Assembly: GCA_964036045.1 (NCBI GenBank)
Contig: OZ038378.1
Span: forward strand, 13,888,001 to 13,952,000
Length of the DNA: 64,000 nucleotides
From: Eutreptiella sp. 'Long Island Sound 2002'
Lineage: Eukaryota; Protista; Euglenida
Direction of reading: 5' to 3'
Shown here one piece after another: positions 24,535 through 37,815 of this stretch. Under the pieces are notes generated by a model. The model was not told where the DNA came from, did no database searches, and saw nothing but the letters and a program-made list of their open reading frames with translations. Positions within the stretch are counted from its first letter, which is position 1. Each line of letters opens with the position of its first letter. Both the position numbers and the translations under genes were made by a program.

Positions 24535-26889
24535 ACAATTCGGCCACTGTTGCTATACGTCTGTGGCTGTGCTTGTGTGAATTTTGTTGTACTGTGCGTT
24601 GATCCAGTACTCATGGCAATGCACGGTTGCTGATACTAAAAGACGAGGTTGATGTTGGTGAAGGAGGGGAGGACGAGCAATAGCAATGTATGGAGCCCAT
24701 GGCATCTGTCAAAAAGTCTGCAATAACCTGACCGGCCATGGAAGCAAGTATTGAGCCATTCTGCATGGACCAAGGACACTGCCACTGCTTGACTGGGATG
24801 GGATTCCCTGACGATGTGGTGGTACCAAAAGATGCCACTGCCTACTGCATCAGCTACAAGGGCTCCATCCACGACACCACCAGGACATATTGGAGGGGAG
24901 ATGTATTGGTGTTGTCCTCTCGCACCGGCGCGTTGTTCAGAGAGGAGCAGGGATAAGTGTGAACTGGAATATTTCGGCCCGCGACAGCGGACGTGCACCT
25001 TTGAAGAAGGGGTGCTCCATCTCCTGCTGGTCATTGGCCACCTCCCACAATGGTCCAGTTCAGCTGATCTAGGTCTCGAGGTAGGTTAAGAGAAGAAGGC
25101 TCCAATTGTAGGTTTGTAGGTTGGAGGTTTGGGCAACCCCCTGCTGCGTAGAGGCACGTGCAGGAAGGCAGTGGGGTCAAGAAGGGGAGGACATTAGTCA
25201 AGCCTAGTGAATGTACACTTGTTATAGGTGCTCACCACTCATGATCTGCGAGTATTCATGCAAACACAAAGTCCGGCAAGGGAGTTGTATAGGAAGCAGA
25301 AAGCGACCAGGATGCTGTCCAGCGTGGCCCTTGGGTGTGTGGAATGGGTATCCCTACAATTTCCAGGGGGGTCAAGATGGACAATCTTGAACATGGGTAC
25401 CGTCTCCTATGCAACCTGGGATGGCCAGAGTTGTCCAAACGGCCCAGGTTAAACTCAATCTTGTCCATGTTGGGGACACTTACCTATTGCGTGACATCCA
25501 TGCTCACGCAAGTTTGTACATTGTGGATACTGAGTATTCGAAAAAGGCACGGTATATATTGCTGTAGCAGATACGGTTCACTAGTATGGTGGAGGCTGTC
25601 CACCAGGGGAGCAGAAACATGCAGTGCTGAAAGGTTGCAACAATATTGCTAGCACCAAAGTGGCTTGCCTGCCATTCAAGGAGTAAGGGTTGCCCTGTGG
25701 ATACCCCTCAAAGGCTGCAAAACTGTCAAACAGCCCATCTTTGGTCACTACCCAGATGTGTGGGGACCAAAAAAGCATTCAGCCCACAGGCCAAAATTCC
25801 ACACGGAGCTCAGGGAGGCATGAAAGTGAGTGATGTGATCATGCTACTTGCATTGGAAATAGTTGCACTCATGTTGTTGTTTTTTTTTGGGGGGGGGGCT
25901 TTGTGCATAACAGCAGCTGAGGGATGTTTGTAGAAGCATGTGTCATGCTTCTTGTCCAAAGGAGTGGGATGCATAGTAAACCAGATGTAGATGGTATTTG
26001 TACGGTGCTGAAAATTCTGAATCAATGAATGCTCTGCCCATCGGGTATACATGCATGCATGCAGGGGATGCATGCATGCATGGAGGAGTGATGTATGTTT
26101 ATGTTTGCAGCTTTTGTGTTTGCGTGGTAATCCCCGTGCCTTGACAAGGATCGACAACCAGATACCGGGAAGTACATCTTCTCATTTGTTGCCCTGCTGG
26201 GGAAAGAGGGTGTGGTGCACACTGGCATCTTGCGCATGTTTGCATGCTGAATGGCTGTTTTGCTGTCACTGCCATGCAGAGCATGTCCCTATGACGAGTC
26301 GCGCAGCACTGCGGGTCGTCGCCGACCGGATTTTCGGCCGAAACTATTTATTCCCACCTCACGAGGTATCACACTTTGCGTTGTGTTGCGCCAGTACATT
26401 TGTGTAGGGTCATGGCCACAGCAAAGCACCACCACTTTGCCATGGGCGACTACAGAAGCTATGCCTGTTTGTGCTGGTGGTTGAGGCGCTGCTAGTGCAA
26501 GAGCCTGTCTCCCGTGGCCCCTGCGGGTTCTGCAGGCAGGGGCGTGTCTGGGGTTTTACGCAGGCAGGGGTGACCAGTGGTGTTACTGTTTGCAACCTTT
26601 TCAAAGGTGCAGGTGCGGCTATGGAAGGGGGTTTGCAGCAACCTCAGCCCACATAGTGAGACATTTTGGCTTGACCTGTCCACCCTGTCCCCTTCTTGTT
26701 CTGCTCCCTACACCAGGAATGGTGCATTTGCTAACAATATTTTTTCTGCTGATATGCCTTTGCTGGGCACAATCCTATTCTCCTTGGATAGTGTGACGCG
26801 TGGCCGTGCCAGAGATATTTGCAGAGAATTGGTCTGGCTACAGCCCCAGAGCTGCATCACTATGTGGCTGCAGCTGGACCTCTGTGATT

Positions 26890-27371
26890 GCTTTGTGCTT
26901 GCTGTCTTTGGGTGCACCCCGACCTTTGGTAGTCACAGGACTTCCTGTGGCACGGCGCTCCCCCTGGTTGAAGTGGTGTGCCAGGGGAAAACTCATTTCG
27001 TCATGGACCTCGCTTGCGTGCTCGGCAGAAGGAGTTGAGACCTCGGAGCTTGTGCACTACCGGAGGAGAAACAGACTCTGAGCCCACTGTCATGGGGAAC
27101 CATTCAGTTTTGCAAGACCTGCCTCGGCTGGTGGGGAAAAGTGAATGCCCAGTTCCGACACCCTGGGGCCCTGGGCCAAAGGTCCAGGCCACACGCCATA
27201 ACAGTGGAGGTGCAAGTCCTGCAAGCCCACCACCAACAATGGAACTCTGATGACATCTCTCCATGAGTACAGTGGTTTCTGTGCCCAACACTGGCGGGGG
27301 GGGGGGGGGGATACAGCGAGTCCTGTGACTCCCATAGGCTGGGGTGCACCCAGTGACAGCAAGCACAAAGC
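26890..27371. mobile_element. Foldback/MITE-like element with ~53-bp arms
   Basis: 26890-26943 is the reverse complement (about 80%) of 27319-27371. Confidence 0.65.
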
Positions 27372-30300
27372 AAGCACTTGTGAGGGAGAGTCGCTGCATT
27401 GCGAGCAACCTCTGATCACTGATGCAGTAACACAAACCAGACGAAAAAGGGGTTCCTTCTCCTGTGACATTACAAGGAGGCAGTGGTGTGGCCCTGCCCT
27501 CATACCCTGTCCTGATCTCCTCTCGCAGCAGCCTAAGGGACTGCCTGGGGTGAGCCACACCCTCATAACACGCACGTCCGTCACAGCCCGCGCCCTGCGG
27601 TGCCCGACATTGGACGGGCATGCCTGGAGGTGTCTTTTAAGGAGGAGAGGGGGGGGGGGATCGCCCGAGTGGTCTTGACATTTTTGGGGGGAAATGTTTT
27701 GACCAGCCCAGAAATGCCGTCACCCAGGAATCTCTCTCAATTTGTCTGTGGCCATAAATGGGCTCCCGAATAAATTCCGAATTAAAACCTGACGTTTTTC
27801 TCTTAGGGTCGAAGTGGCATGCAGTACATGAACAAACACATGGAAGGAATGATATTGACTAATTGGTGCTCCTCCTCTTTTGCTCTGTGCCCCAGCATAC
27901 GTGCTTCAGCACATGTTCTCCATGTATGCACCCGCCCCAGATCGCTGGTGATGGTATAGCCCCACGCGTGTCCAGGAAACACCAAAGTCCTGAAAAAATT
28001 ATGTTTCGAGCACCAGTGTTCATTGGACATAGTGTTCATTGTGCACGTGAACATGTGCCCAACATGCAAGAGTCCTCAGCCCATAGAAAGCAAAAAGTGG
28101 TCAAAAGGTTTCACATGAGCACTTTTTAACGTAGAAGCCCTTCTTGCGGTCCGTCTTCATCCCGAAGAGCGGAACATGTTCTCTCGGCTTGGCCGTGCAG
28201 AACTTGTGGTGACATCATCCTCTGCCATATTGCGGATGTGCAGATTTGTTGGGACAGCACTGTGCTGCATCAAATAGGGAGTCCCCAAAAACATGGCACA
28301 AACCCCACACACTGCAGCCTGCCTGAGGCCAGACTAACACTGTGTCCAAGGATCACTTCATGTTGGGATTTTTTTGTACCCAGATTGATTAGGGCTCAAG
28401 AACTGCAGACCGGGGCTGGTGTGATATGGCTTGTGCTGATAAATGTACAAATGGCATTCCTGAGTCTCAGGCAACAATATTCCTAAGACATCTTTTTATG
28501 GTGGGTCACAAACTAATGATGATGATTAATGAAGAGTGCTCACGTAAGGAAGCAGAGACCTCCCAACCCTGCAGTTACGATTGGAGGTGTGGTTCCACCA
28601 ATAGAAACGGGGGGAGGGCTACCAATGACCTTTAGCAACCTAAATGCACAGCTGAGACTATGTCTGAGACTTGAAACAGGGGGGGCTTGCAAATCAACAA
28701 TCATCTCGGAGCACAATGAAATGTGATTCCATTGTCCCAAATGGTATGCTGCTATATTCACACACAAGCGTCAGGTGCTTATAGCTCGAGGAAGTGGACA
28801 GGATGCCTTGTGCTGTCAATCTCCAGGGCCCGTGATGCTTGAACAAGTGAGGGAAAAAACTCTGTTGACAATATGCATCCGCACAACCCACGTATTCAAC
28901 AATCATCACCGCCATAGTAGAGGCTGGTCCTAAAACATGTATTGGCCATCCTGAGTGCCCTGCAGCCTTCTTCAATAAAAGGCACAATGGGAGGTAGGGC
29001 ATCCCAAGGTGCCTTTGCATGCGGCCTATGGCACCACAATCATTTGACCAACTGGCAATTAAATTGCTCGCAATGTCAACCATCCGCAATTAGTAGATTA
29101 TGCCCAAGGCACAGCAGTCCAAAATGCATTCATGCGGGAACAGTGAATCACTGCACAAACGCATGGACTAGACTTGGTTAGGAACCCTGTTCCGTCTTGT
29201 GGAAGTGGCGAAAGTAATGAACAAAAAACACCCAAGAGGAGTGCAATAGATTGAGGGACCTCCTGGCGGACTCCATCAAATAGCCCCCCGATGCCCTGCC
29301 AGATATTGCCACACATCACATATTGCACCTTGCAACCTCCGAACCATGTCCCCAATAATTTCAATGAAATTTGTGGCAATGTGACATATATTTTGGTTGA
29401 CATAGTTTTTGATTGAATTGTTTGGTGATTTTGTTATGTTTGTGTGAAATAACCCAACCAGTTTGGCACCAATTTTCTGGTCGAAATCGATTTCCAGCAA
29501 ATAGCACCAATATTTCTCATTTTTAGAGAAAAGTTGGTTTGTACAGTGTGGGCCTTTGGCCTGTACACCGAAAGTGTCACAAGTGCCCACACACCGCTGG
29601 TGGGTCGAGAAGTGCACAACCAAAATGTGGGTTGGGTGCATTTCTTTAGTTTCCGTTTTAGTGTAAGACTGCTAGAAAGCTATGTCCACTAAGATACAAC
29701 ATGACTGGCAACGTATAGAGTGATCACGAAGTGCACCCTGCATTTAATTCAAGGGCAAGTTGAACAGAGCGGGCAGTCAGCACCCTTCCACTGCAATGAT
29801 GCAGATCTGGAACACGGTTCACCATACGGTGTTGTTGGCACGGTGATGTCTTGGAGTGCCATACTGAGCAGTAGCTCCATTCATACGCATGCACGTCCGC
29901 AATTTTCACAGATTTCGGACAGGAATCGCAAAAGCACGGATATTTCAAGCTGTTGCGCTGCGAAACTTCATACATGCAAAATATTCCACAAGAAGTTGAA
30001 TTTGATTGTGATCTGCAGTTTTCCCTCGCTGCTCCCCCATATACCTCCACCTATCCCTATCCTGTTTCAGGTATCCTGAGTTTAAGGATTGGGAGAAGTT
30101 GGATGATCTTCAGATTTTCCAGACAAGGAGGAATGCATACTGGGATTGGAAGATAAAGGACCGTGAGTCAAGGGGCATCTTTGAGCCCAAGAGAGGTCAG
30201 GAAGTAAAGGAAGGAGGAGGAGAGGGGAAAAAGAAGAAGAAAAAGAAGTAGGCAATTGAAGTTTTTGTCTTCCAAGAGTGCAGGGGGAGATGGTTGGTGC

Positions 30301-30648
30301 TGGATTGAGCAGGGAGGTATTGGTAGGGTACACTTTGGATTGTTGTCAAGTGTGGCTGTGCCGAGTTGTGGCTGTGCTTGCTGAGGATCCAGATCAGGTC
30401 TCAATGTTAAAAACTGCCATATTCAATATAAAAGCAGTCTCCCAGTTGCGCAAGAATACTGCCTACCTGCCTGCCTGTCATTGTATTCTGTTCTTTCAGT
30501 TTTTTCTGATGTGTATTACGATGTAAACAACTATTTGCTTCAGGAGGGGGATCATGTGGTCCACATATTTCCACATATTGGCACATATTTACCACATATT
30601 TCTCGATGGTCCCTTAGGTTTAAAGTCAGAGAGGAATGATGGTTACCG

Positions 30649-31116
30649 TTGTGCTTGGGAGGCTTTGGCAGAAACACATCACTGTCTGTCATGTCCAACC
30701 TGGCTGCCCTTCGACAGATTCTTGTTGAGACTGCAAATCGTTTGTTGAAAGGATTGCGTGCACGCATGGCAAAAGAGGCAAAACAGGTGGCTTTTTTCAA
30801 ACAACTGCGGATTTTGAACCCCCGCTGTGATTTGTCTCATAATCTCCGTGATTACCCGGAGTTGCGGTTAGACAGTCTTCCAGGAGTGCAGGATGAGTGG
30901 GCTGCCTATGTCGAGAGCATTCTTCGCGACATCACAGGCCCAACGCCCCTTGTTGAATGGTGGGACTCTCGCGCATCATCTGCCCTCAAGGATTATGTGT
31001 TGTTCCTCATCACCATGGTGATGGGGACCGGCCGTGTTGAGCGCTTTTTTTCATTTGCTAAGTACACAGATACAGACCGGCGATGGATGACAATGGCCAC
31101 TGGCACGCTTTCATGA
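30649..31116 (+). pseudogene. hAT transposase C-terminal (dimerisation) remnant
   Basis: EWAAYV...PLVEWWDS...LFLITMVMGTGRVERFFS...RR fits the hAT dimerisation pattern (EW..Y, WW, S..VER.FS, RR). A degenerate upstream part probably lies at ~28300-29330. Confidence 0.75.
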
Positions 31117-34100
31117 CACACTACAATGGGGATTTGGAGGGACGATTGGACTAAAGGCAGATGTGGTCTTCACATAGACTGAAAGTGTTGTGGTTTGCTT
31201 GTGTCCATGGAACACCAGAGCCATAGCATGCATGGGACCCCCAAGAATTAACGGCATCATCCAAACAGCACCAAGAAATAAAACTGGCCACCCAGGGCTA
31301 TACATTTGGAAAACATTTGATAGCCAGAAGTCCACATATTTTACCACATATTCCCACGTTTTTTCAAATAATACCACATTTAAACCACATTTTTTTCTAT
31401 TGCTGCTTGCCACATAACCCCCCCCCCCCAGTGGGGTCCACCCACCTGGGGGCGAGAGCAGTGCGTGTGTGGATTTGGGGCTGATCAAGGAAATAAGCCT
31501 TGGGGGGCCTTGGGGGGGCAGGGGGGGCTGAATGGGAGGGTGGGTGTGCAGGTTCAGCCCCCGGAGTAGGCGCCTCTCACACGATGCAGCCCTTCCATTT
31601 GGCCTTTGAGAGTGCCAGTGCAGTGAAAGTCGGGAACACATTTTTGTCCAGGTGACAAGAGAGGATTTGCTCATGGATGGACAAAATGTTGGTGAATGCC
31701 GAAATTTTTCATTTTGCCCGATACAATACACACCGTCTTCATGCTGCTTCAATGCTATGCAGGCTGTGTATTCCCCCGCCCCGTATGACAAAAAATATGC
31801 AGGATTTGAACCTGCATAATTGCTGGCTCCAAGAAAATGAAGATGGTTTTTTATTGGCACTGCATCAAACTCTGGCCATTGGACTGCGGCGGTAATCCTC
31901 ACATACGTTGGCAACACATCAATATCTGGAGGTTTGCATTCTTCCACATCTGCAGGCATGACAGTCTGTAAGCCATGGGTCTGTAAATGGCTGCACGTGG
32001 CCTGTACCCGAGGCTAGATGGTCCCAACCATCAGTTGGGCAATCCATTTTTGAGAAAGATGTTTTTGCTGAAAACTGTGCGGATCATTTAGTTTGATTCT
32101 CAACAGCACAAATACTCCATTGTAGTGCATATTGCCTGTATTGTGTTTGCGGGGCATCTAGTCAATCACACACCAATATTTTTGATTTGCTCCTAAACTG
32201 TTTGATGGGATGACAAGGGCACTATTTTTTTCACAACTCTTTTCGGCAAGCAAAATTTTGTGGGGGAATTTTCTCCATTGTGTCACGACCAAAAAAGCAA
32301 CATGTGCTGAATTACAGCATTTCGCCACTGCCTTTGGTTGCTGCACTTCTTAGTATTGAATATACATGTAGACTAGTGGTTGGCATCGAAGGTTGTTGGA
32401 CCGCACGAAGTACTAAGGGTTTCTCAGATACCTTTTGCAGGAATTTGGGAAAGCACTTTCAGCCCGTTTCCCCTTTTTATGTAGATGTGCTGCAAGTATT
32501 TTTGAGGGTTGTCTCAGCCCATATGAGTTTTCTTCACTGGTGGTGTGTTTGTTTGGGACAAACAAGATCGCAAATGCATGCCGAATATGTCACTCATTTT
32601 CAAAGCTACTACCCCATGCTTTGTGCATCACAACACACACAAGCATGCTAGTTTTTCTGCACCAATGCTCGGTGGTACATACTTGTTTTTTCGTTCCATC
32701 TACGGGCACTTGGTATGTGGTTAGTTTTACATCATTGGCAAAAAGTAATTTTCGGCAAAAGAAATTGCGCAAACAGCAAACCGATGAGCAAATGGCACTG
32801 CAATAACTACAAAATGATAGAACATTGGGATAAACACACATGCAATGCAAAAGCAAGCACCTAAAATATACACGGAGCGAAGTAACCAAGTGCACGAATC
32901 GGCGCACAAATGGTGCAAGGAAATATGCAATTGCATTGTTAAAGTGTTTTGCAAAGTGAAAAGCAGTCTACAATGCAAAAAAACCTATGATTCATTTTTC
33001 ATCTAGCACTTTTCGTGTGTGAGTGCGCATTCTGCACATGTGCCGCACCAAAAATCCAAAACAAGGCTCTAAGGGCAGCCAATGAACAAGCGTTTCCCAC
33101 AACTAAATTTACGGTATAGTAAAATACCCATCTGGCTCAATTTTGGTAAAATTATAAAACCTAGGTGGGCTGTCACGCGGGAAAGGGCACTCATTTTTGT
33201 CAGCTAGCGAGGGAGGCATACAAAGATGAGCTTTGTCAAGTGAGAGAGGTCATGAGATTGTATTATTGATATTTTACTTGGTATTATATGATTATTATAC
33301 TATTGGACATTATATTATCGTAATATACCTGAGGAGCAGAGTAGTGTGCAAAAATGTTGTATATGTCCCCCAATTCTCGTCAATCATGGTCGTCACACCA
33401 CAACAACGATATGTCCACAACAGGGCCCGATAAGCTTCGAAAACGTATAGAGGAGAGTCTTTGCGTAGAAAGGGTTGGTCGGAAAGATCCTTGGGCACCT
33501 AAATACATTCGGCTCAATGGAGCCACTCTGTTAACAAATTTAAAGACTTCACCATGTCTAGCATATTTCAGACCGTAGATTCGGGAGATTCCACCCCGAT
33601 GGTACAGATCTTATGATGCCTTTTGTAGCAGTTGAAGTTGCTCGCTCTTGAAACTTGACCTAGTGAAATGCTTGATGTTTGCACATTGGTGTGCCATGGT
33701 GCGAGTGTACCCCCTGCGTCACCAAAAGTTCGCCCACATCTATCTTGGCGGCCACGAAGGGTGCAACTTCTATCGCCTTTGACGAGCCGACTTCGTCAAG
33801 AATTAGCACAAGCAATGAACCTTCGAGTGCACTTCCTCCACCACAGCGACCACTGTCTAAAAAAGGGGGAAACCTGTTGAGTGAAGCTTTTAGTACCCAA
33901 AATAACATTTTTACAATGGGTTAAACTATCTGTGTACACCCATCACACCGGTCATACTAACAGACCAAAAGAATGGGGTACTTGGGACTATTTCATGTTG
34001 CAAACTTTACACCCTATTTCTCGGCCGCATTGCAATCCAATTTTCGAAAGTTTTCTCGTGCCACTATGCGCCATCTATTTTAGGACGTTCGGGGTTCCAA

Positions 34101-36270
34101 AAAGCACCTACAGAGCCCTAGCGGTCAGTACATACAGAAAAATCACCAAAATCAAAGCACTCCAAAGTCAAATGACTCCAAAGTCGCGGACCATGTCTTT
34201 TGACTTTGCAACATTCCAAAAGCAAGAAAAGCACAACATAACAAAAGAGATTTTTGTCTTTGGAGTGCAGATCTACCTCCCGAAAGCAGCCTTTGAGTTT
34301 TCAATGCCACGATCCTCAATAGGGCCCCTTGGGAGGCATAGTATCCGTAATATCACCAAACAACCAACCAAACCCATCTTGAGGGCAATGCAAAGGTTTC
34401 AAAAAAGTGAATTTTTCAAGAAGAATGTATTCTCTTTGGAAAGACTCTACTCCAACCAATTGTTCCAGTGGCTGACTTTGGAATAACCAGTCGGATCCAT
34501 CGGTATTTTTGTGGTATCATGGACTTATATATACTGCAGCATTTAGAAATCACCCCAGCTTAGCTTGAATAGCAATAAGGTTTGGAACCTGGTAGTTTTG
34601 AAAATAACCGGTTTTAAACGATTTTTTATACAAAAATAACCGGTTTCGCCGATTAATAGTTTTCAAAATAACCGGTTTTTCCGATTAATTGCCCTTTACT
34701 TACCAAAATTTTGCCATCAGCAGAAGAGAGCCCATACAAGTCGGAGCACAGTGATCAAAACTACGTTGGAACTTGTAATTCACCATCGGCCATCGTTTAT
34801 TGCTACCAAAGCCTCTGTTTAGGGCAAAAAATTGGACAAAATATACTGCCGAAAACAACCCGAAAAATTTGGAACCATTCCGATTAATTTGTTCAAATCA
34901 ATCTTCAAAATAAGCGGTTGTGCCAATTGTTTTTTTTTTTGCTCTGTGCATCCCTGCGTTACCCCTGGGGTGCTAGGGGGCTACATGCTCAAGATTGTTC
35001 AGGTATGTGTCCAGCTATAAACATAAAATCCGCAGGTAAGTATAGACAATGAGAGATTGAATGGCAATAGTATAGGTACGTAGGCAAATAACATCGTGGA
35101 GTGTGCACTGAGGCGGTACGTAGGCTTGGGGGCTGGGCTCAGCTCGCTCAGAAAAATGCAGGTACACAGGGGAGTGCAAGCTGTGTGTTTCTTTCTGTGT
35201 GTGTTTTCCATGCTTGTTTCCATGCAGTCAACTGCTGGAGGGGCAGTGGAAAAGTTGAGGTTTGCTTTTGTGTTTTTGGGCCTACTGTGGGGTGTACTGC
35301 CCGGTGGTTCGCCGGGTGTCCTGCCCCTTGGTCGGCCATACTCCACAGCAGCATGAAAGATATTTGAAAATCAGAATGCATTGTTGTACTAGTTGGTGGG
35401 CACATATTAGGTCTCACAGCAAAACTGGGGTGAGGAGTTTTACTCTCTTTGTTTTGTGGTTTTTCCATGTGTATCCAACAGGCAGGAGGGTTGTAGAAAA
35501 TAAAACAACAGATAATACATTTTTGGAAGAAACCAATACTTGGCAGTGCATTGTGTTTCGTGCCGGCGCCACGACTCTGGACTTGCTTGCCATTTCCTTT
35601 GTCCCACTTGCTGTGGACTCGGGCTTTGGGTCCGCTTGCCTTTTATCGTTTGCTTCCTTGCACAGACATTGAGCCAGTTCGAAAAATATTGAATTGTGTT
35701 GACGAAAATCAATGGTAGCTATGCCCGTGATCAGGCCGCTCACTTTGTTCAGTTTGCTGTGTTTCAAAAAAAAAATCAATGGTAGCTTTGACTGATCATA
35801 AGCAAAGAATAGCAGAAAATGTTCCAGTATACCAAGACACCTTCAAGGTGTGGTGACAGGGGACCTGAGTTCGAGACTGGAGAGGAAATCACCCCAAATT
35901 GTGCTGTCTGGAACCTGTTGGTAGCTCTGCCGCAGTATGTAGTAATAGTTCGAGCATACAAAGAGCAACTTCTGAGTGTGGTGTCAGGGAAGCTGGTCGA
36001 GACTGGAGGTGATGGCCATTCTGCCACGGGCAGCTGAAATGGTGCTCAGAGAGCTCAAGTGAGTCTTATGCATGCTGTTAGTGCAAAAGAAGAACAGGGT
36101 GCCACATTACTAAAGGAGAACATAGCATATATGCAGTTGATAGGGAGCTGCGGCTTGTTGTTGACTAAGTCAATTTTTACATGCTGATGATTAGATCATC
36201 GCATAACCATTCTCAGCAAACAGCTCGTCACTGTGACCGAGTCAAATTTCTTGGAGGATTTTATGGCAAG

Positions 36271-37815
36271 GGAACTCGGCGGCGAAGAGACGTGGTGTTC
36301 TAAGCGGCGTCGTTACCGAGCTTGAGGCTGAGCTCGTCACCGTGCCAAAATCAGCGTTTCCCAGAACTTAGCCCACGCAAACTGCACCCCTTTTTTTCAC
36401 CTAAGCACCTAGATTTTGTCACCGAAAAAAATAGTTTTTTTTTCCATCTTGAAAATACTGTTTTTCAAACCCTCCCAAAAAATGCATTTTTCATCAGTTT
36501 TGCCCATTTTTTGCTGTTTTTAGGGGGGTCAAAAAACCATTCTTTAGTCCAAAATCAGAGGGTTTACCGGTCATTTTTTCCGGAAAAAATTTTTGTTAGC
36601 TAATTTGAAGAATACCAATTTTTGGATTGTCTGGAAAATTATTAAAGATGGGTGCTGTTCACACATCCGGTACATGTCCACATGAAAAAATACTTATTAT
36701 GGGAGGCTGAGTGCTCGAGGCCTCGCGCACTCAGCCAGCTGGAGCGAGATTTTCAGGCTTTTTTGAGATCACTTTTTGACATCGGAAGTGGCATGAAGCA
36801 AGGATGGAGCAAAAGCAAAACTGCAAGATTCAATATGGGTTAAAGACTTGCACAGCGGAACACTCAGTGCGCGAGGGCTCGCGCACTCAACATGCTAGAA
36901 GCATGGGTTTTTGAATACCCCTGACTACTTGCATTCTGCCGATAGCCTCCAAAAGGCTTTTTGAGATTCCTCCCTTTTGAAATCCTGTGAAAACAGTGAG
37001 CTCAAGAGTAGCGATTAGACTATCCTCCTCTAGAGCACTTGCTGTGACCTAGCGCTTCTGACAAACTTTTGTACAGCCCCAAAAGATGGGAGGCTGGGCA
37101 CCTCATTTGTAGGTAAACTAACTGAAAATTGTGTGTTTAGCAAGGACTGAGGGCAACCCGCCTTTTTAGATCTATTACACCTTACATAGTGCATGGCGTG
37201 TACAAAACGTCCATTGATTGACCACTCTTGCTGCTGACATGACCCGAACGGTACACCATGAGGCACCCATGAAGACATCAGAGCCTCATTTGGCATGGAA
37301 TACTGTTTATTCAGGACCATTGGAAAATACACATTCTGCATAATTGAGTGCGCGAGGCCTCGCGCACTCAACATGCCAAAAAAAACGTTTTTTTCATACC
37401 TCTGACTACTTGCATTCCGCTGATGGCCTAAAAAATTATATTTGAGGTTCCTTCGTTTTTTAATTCTCAGTTTTCAGGTGGAAACACGCGGAAACTGCGC
37501 GTCTTTTTTTTGCACACAAATGCCGCCCTTGAGGTGAAAAACAGGGTGCAGTTTGCGTGGGCTAAGCAGAAGTTCGAGAAGGAGAATTGTAGGTGGAGGA
37601 ACTCGGTGGCGAAGAGACGTGGTGTGCTAAGCGGCGTCGTTTCCTAGCTTGACGCTGAGCTCGTCACCGTGCCAAAATCAGCATTTCCCAGAAGTTGAAG
37701 AAGGAGAATTGTAGGTAGAGGAACTCGGCGGCGAAGAGACTTGGTGTGCAAAGCGGCGTCATTGCCTAGCTTGACGCTGAGCTCGTCACCGTGCTTAAAT
37801 TAATGTTTCCGAGAA
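36271..37815 (+). repeat. Three-unit 122-bp tandem array interrupted by the 1200-bp element
   Basis: GGAACTCGG..GAAGAGAC..GCTGAGCTCGTCACCGTGC units at 36271, 37598 and 37720. Confidence 0.88.
36367..37566. mobile_element. 1200-bp TIR element with 5-bp TSD (CAGAA)
   Basis: Perfect 23-bp TIR CTTAGCCCACGCAAACTGCACCC, extending imperfectly to ~35 bp. CAGAA at 36362-36366 and 37567-37571. Confidence 0.9.
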
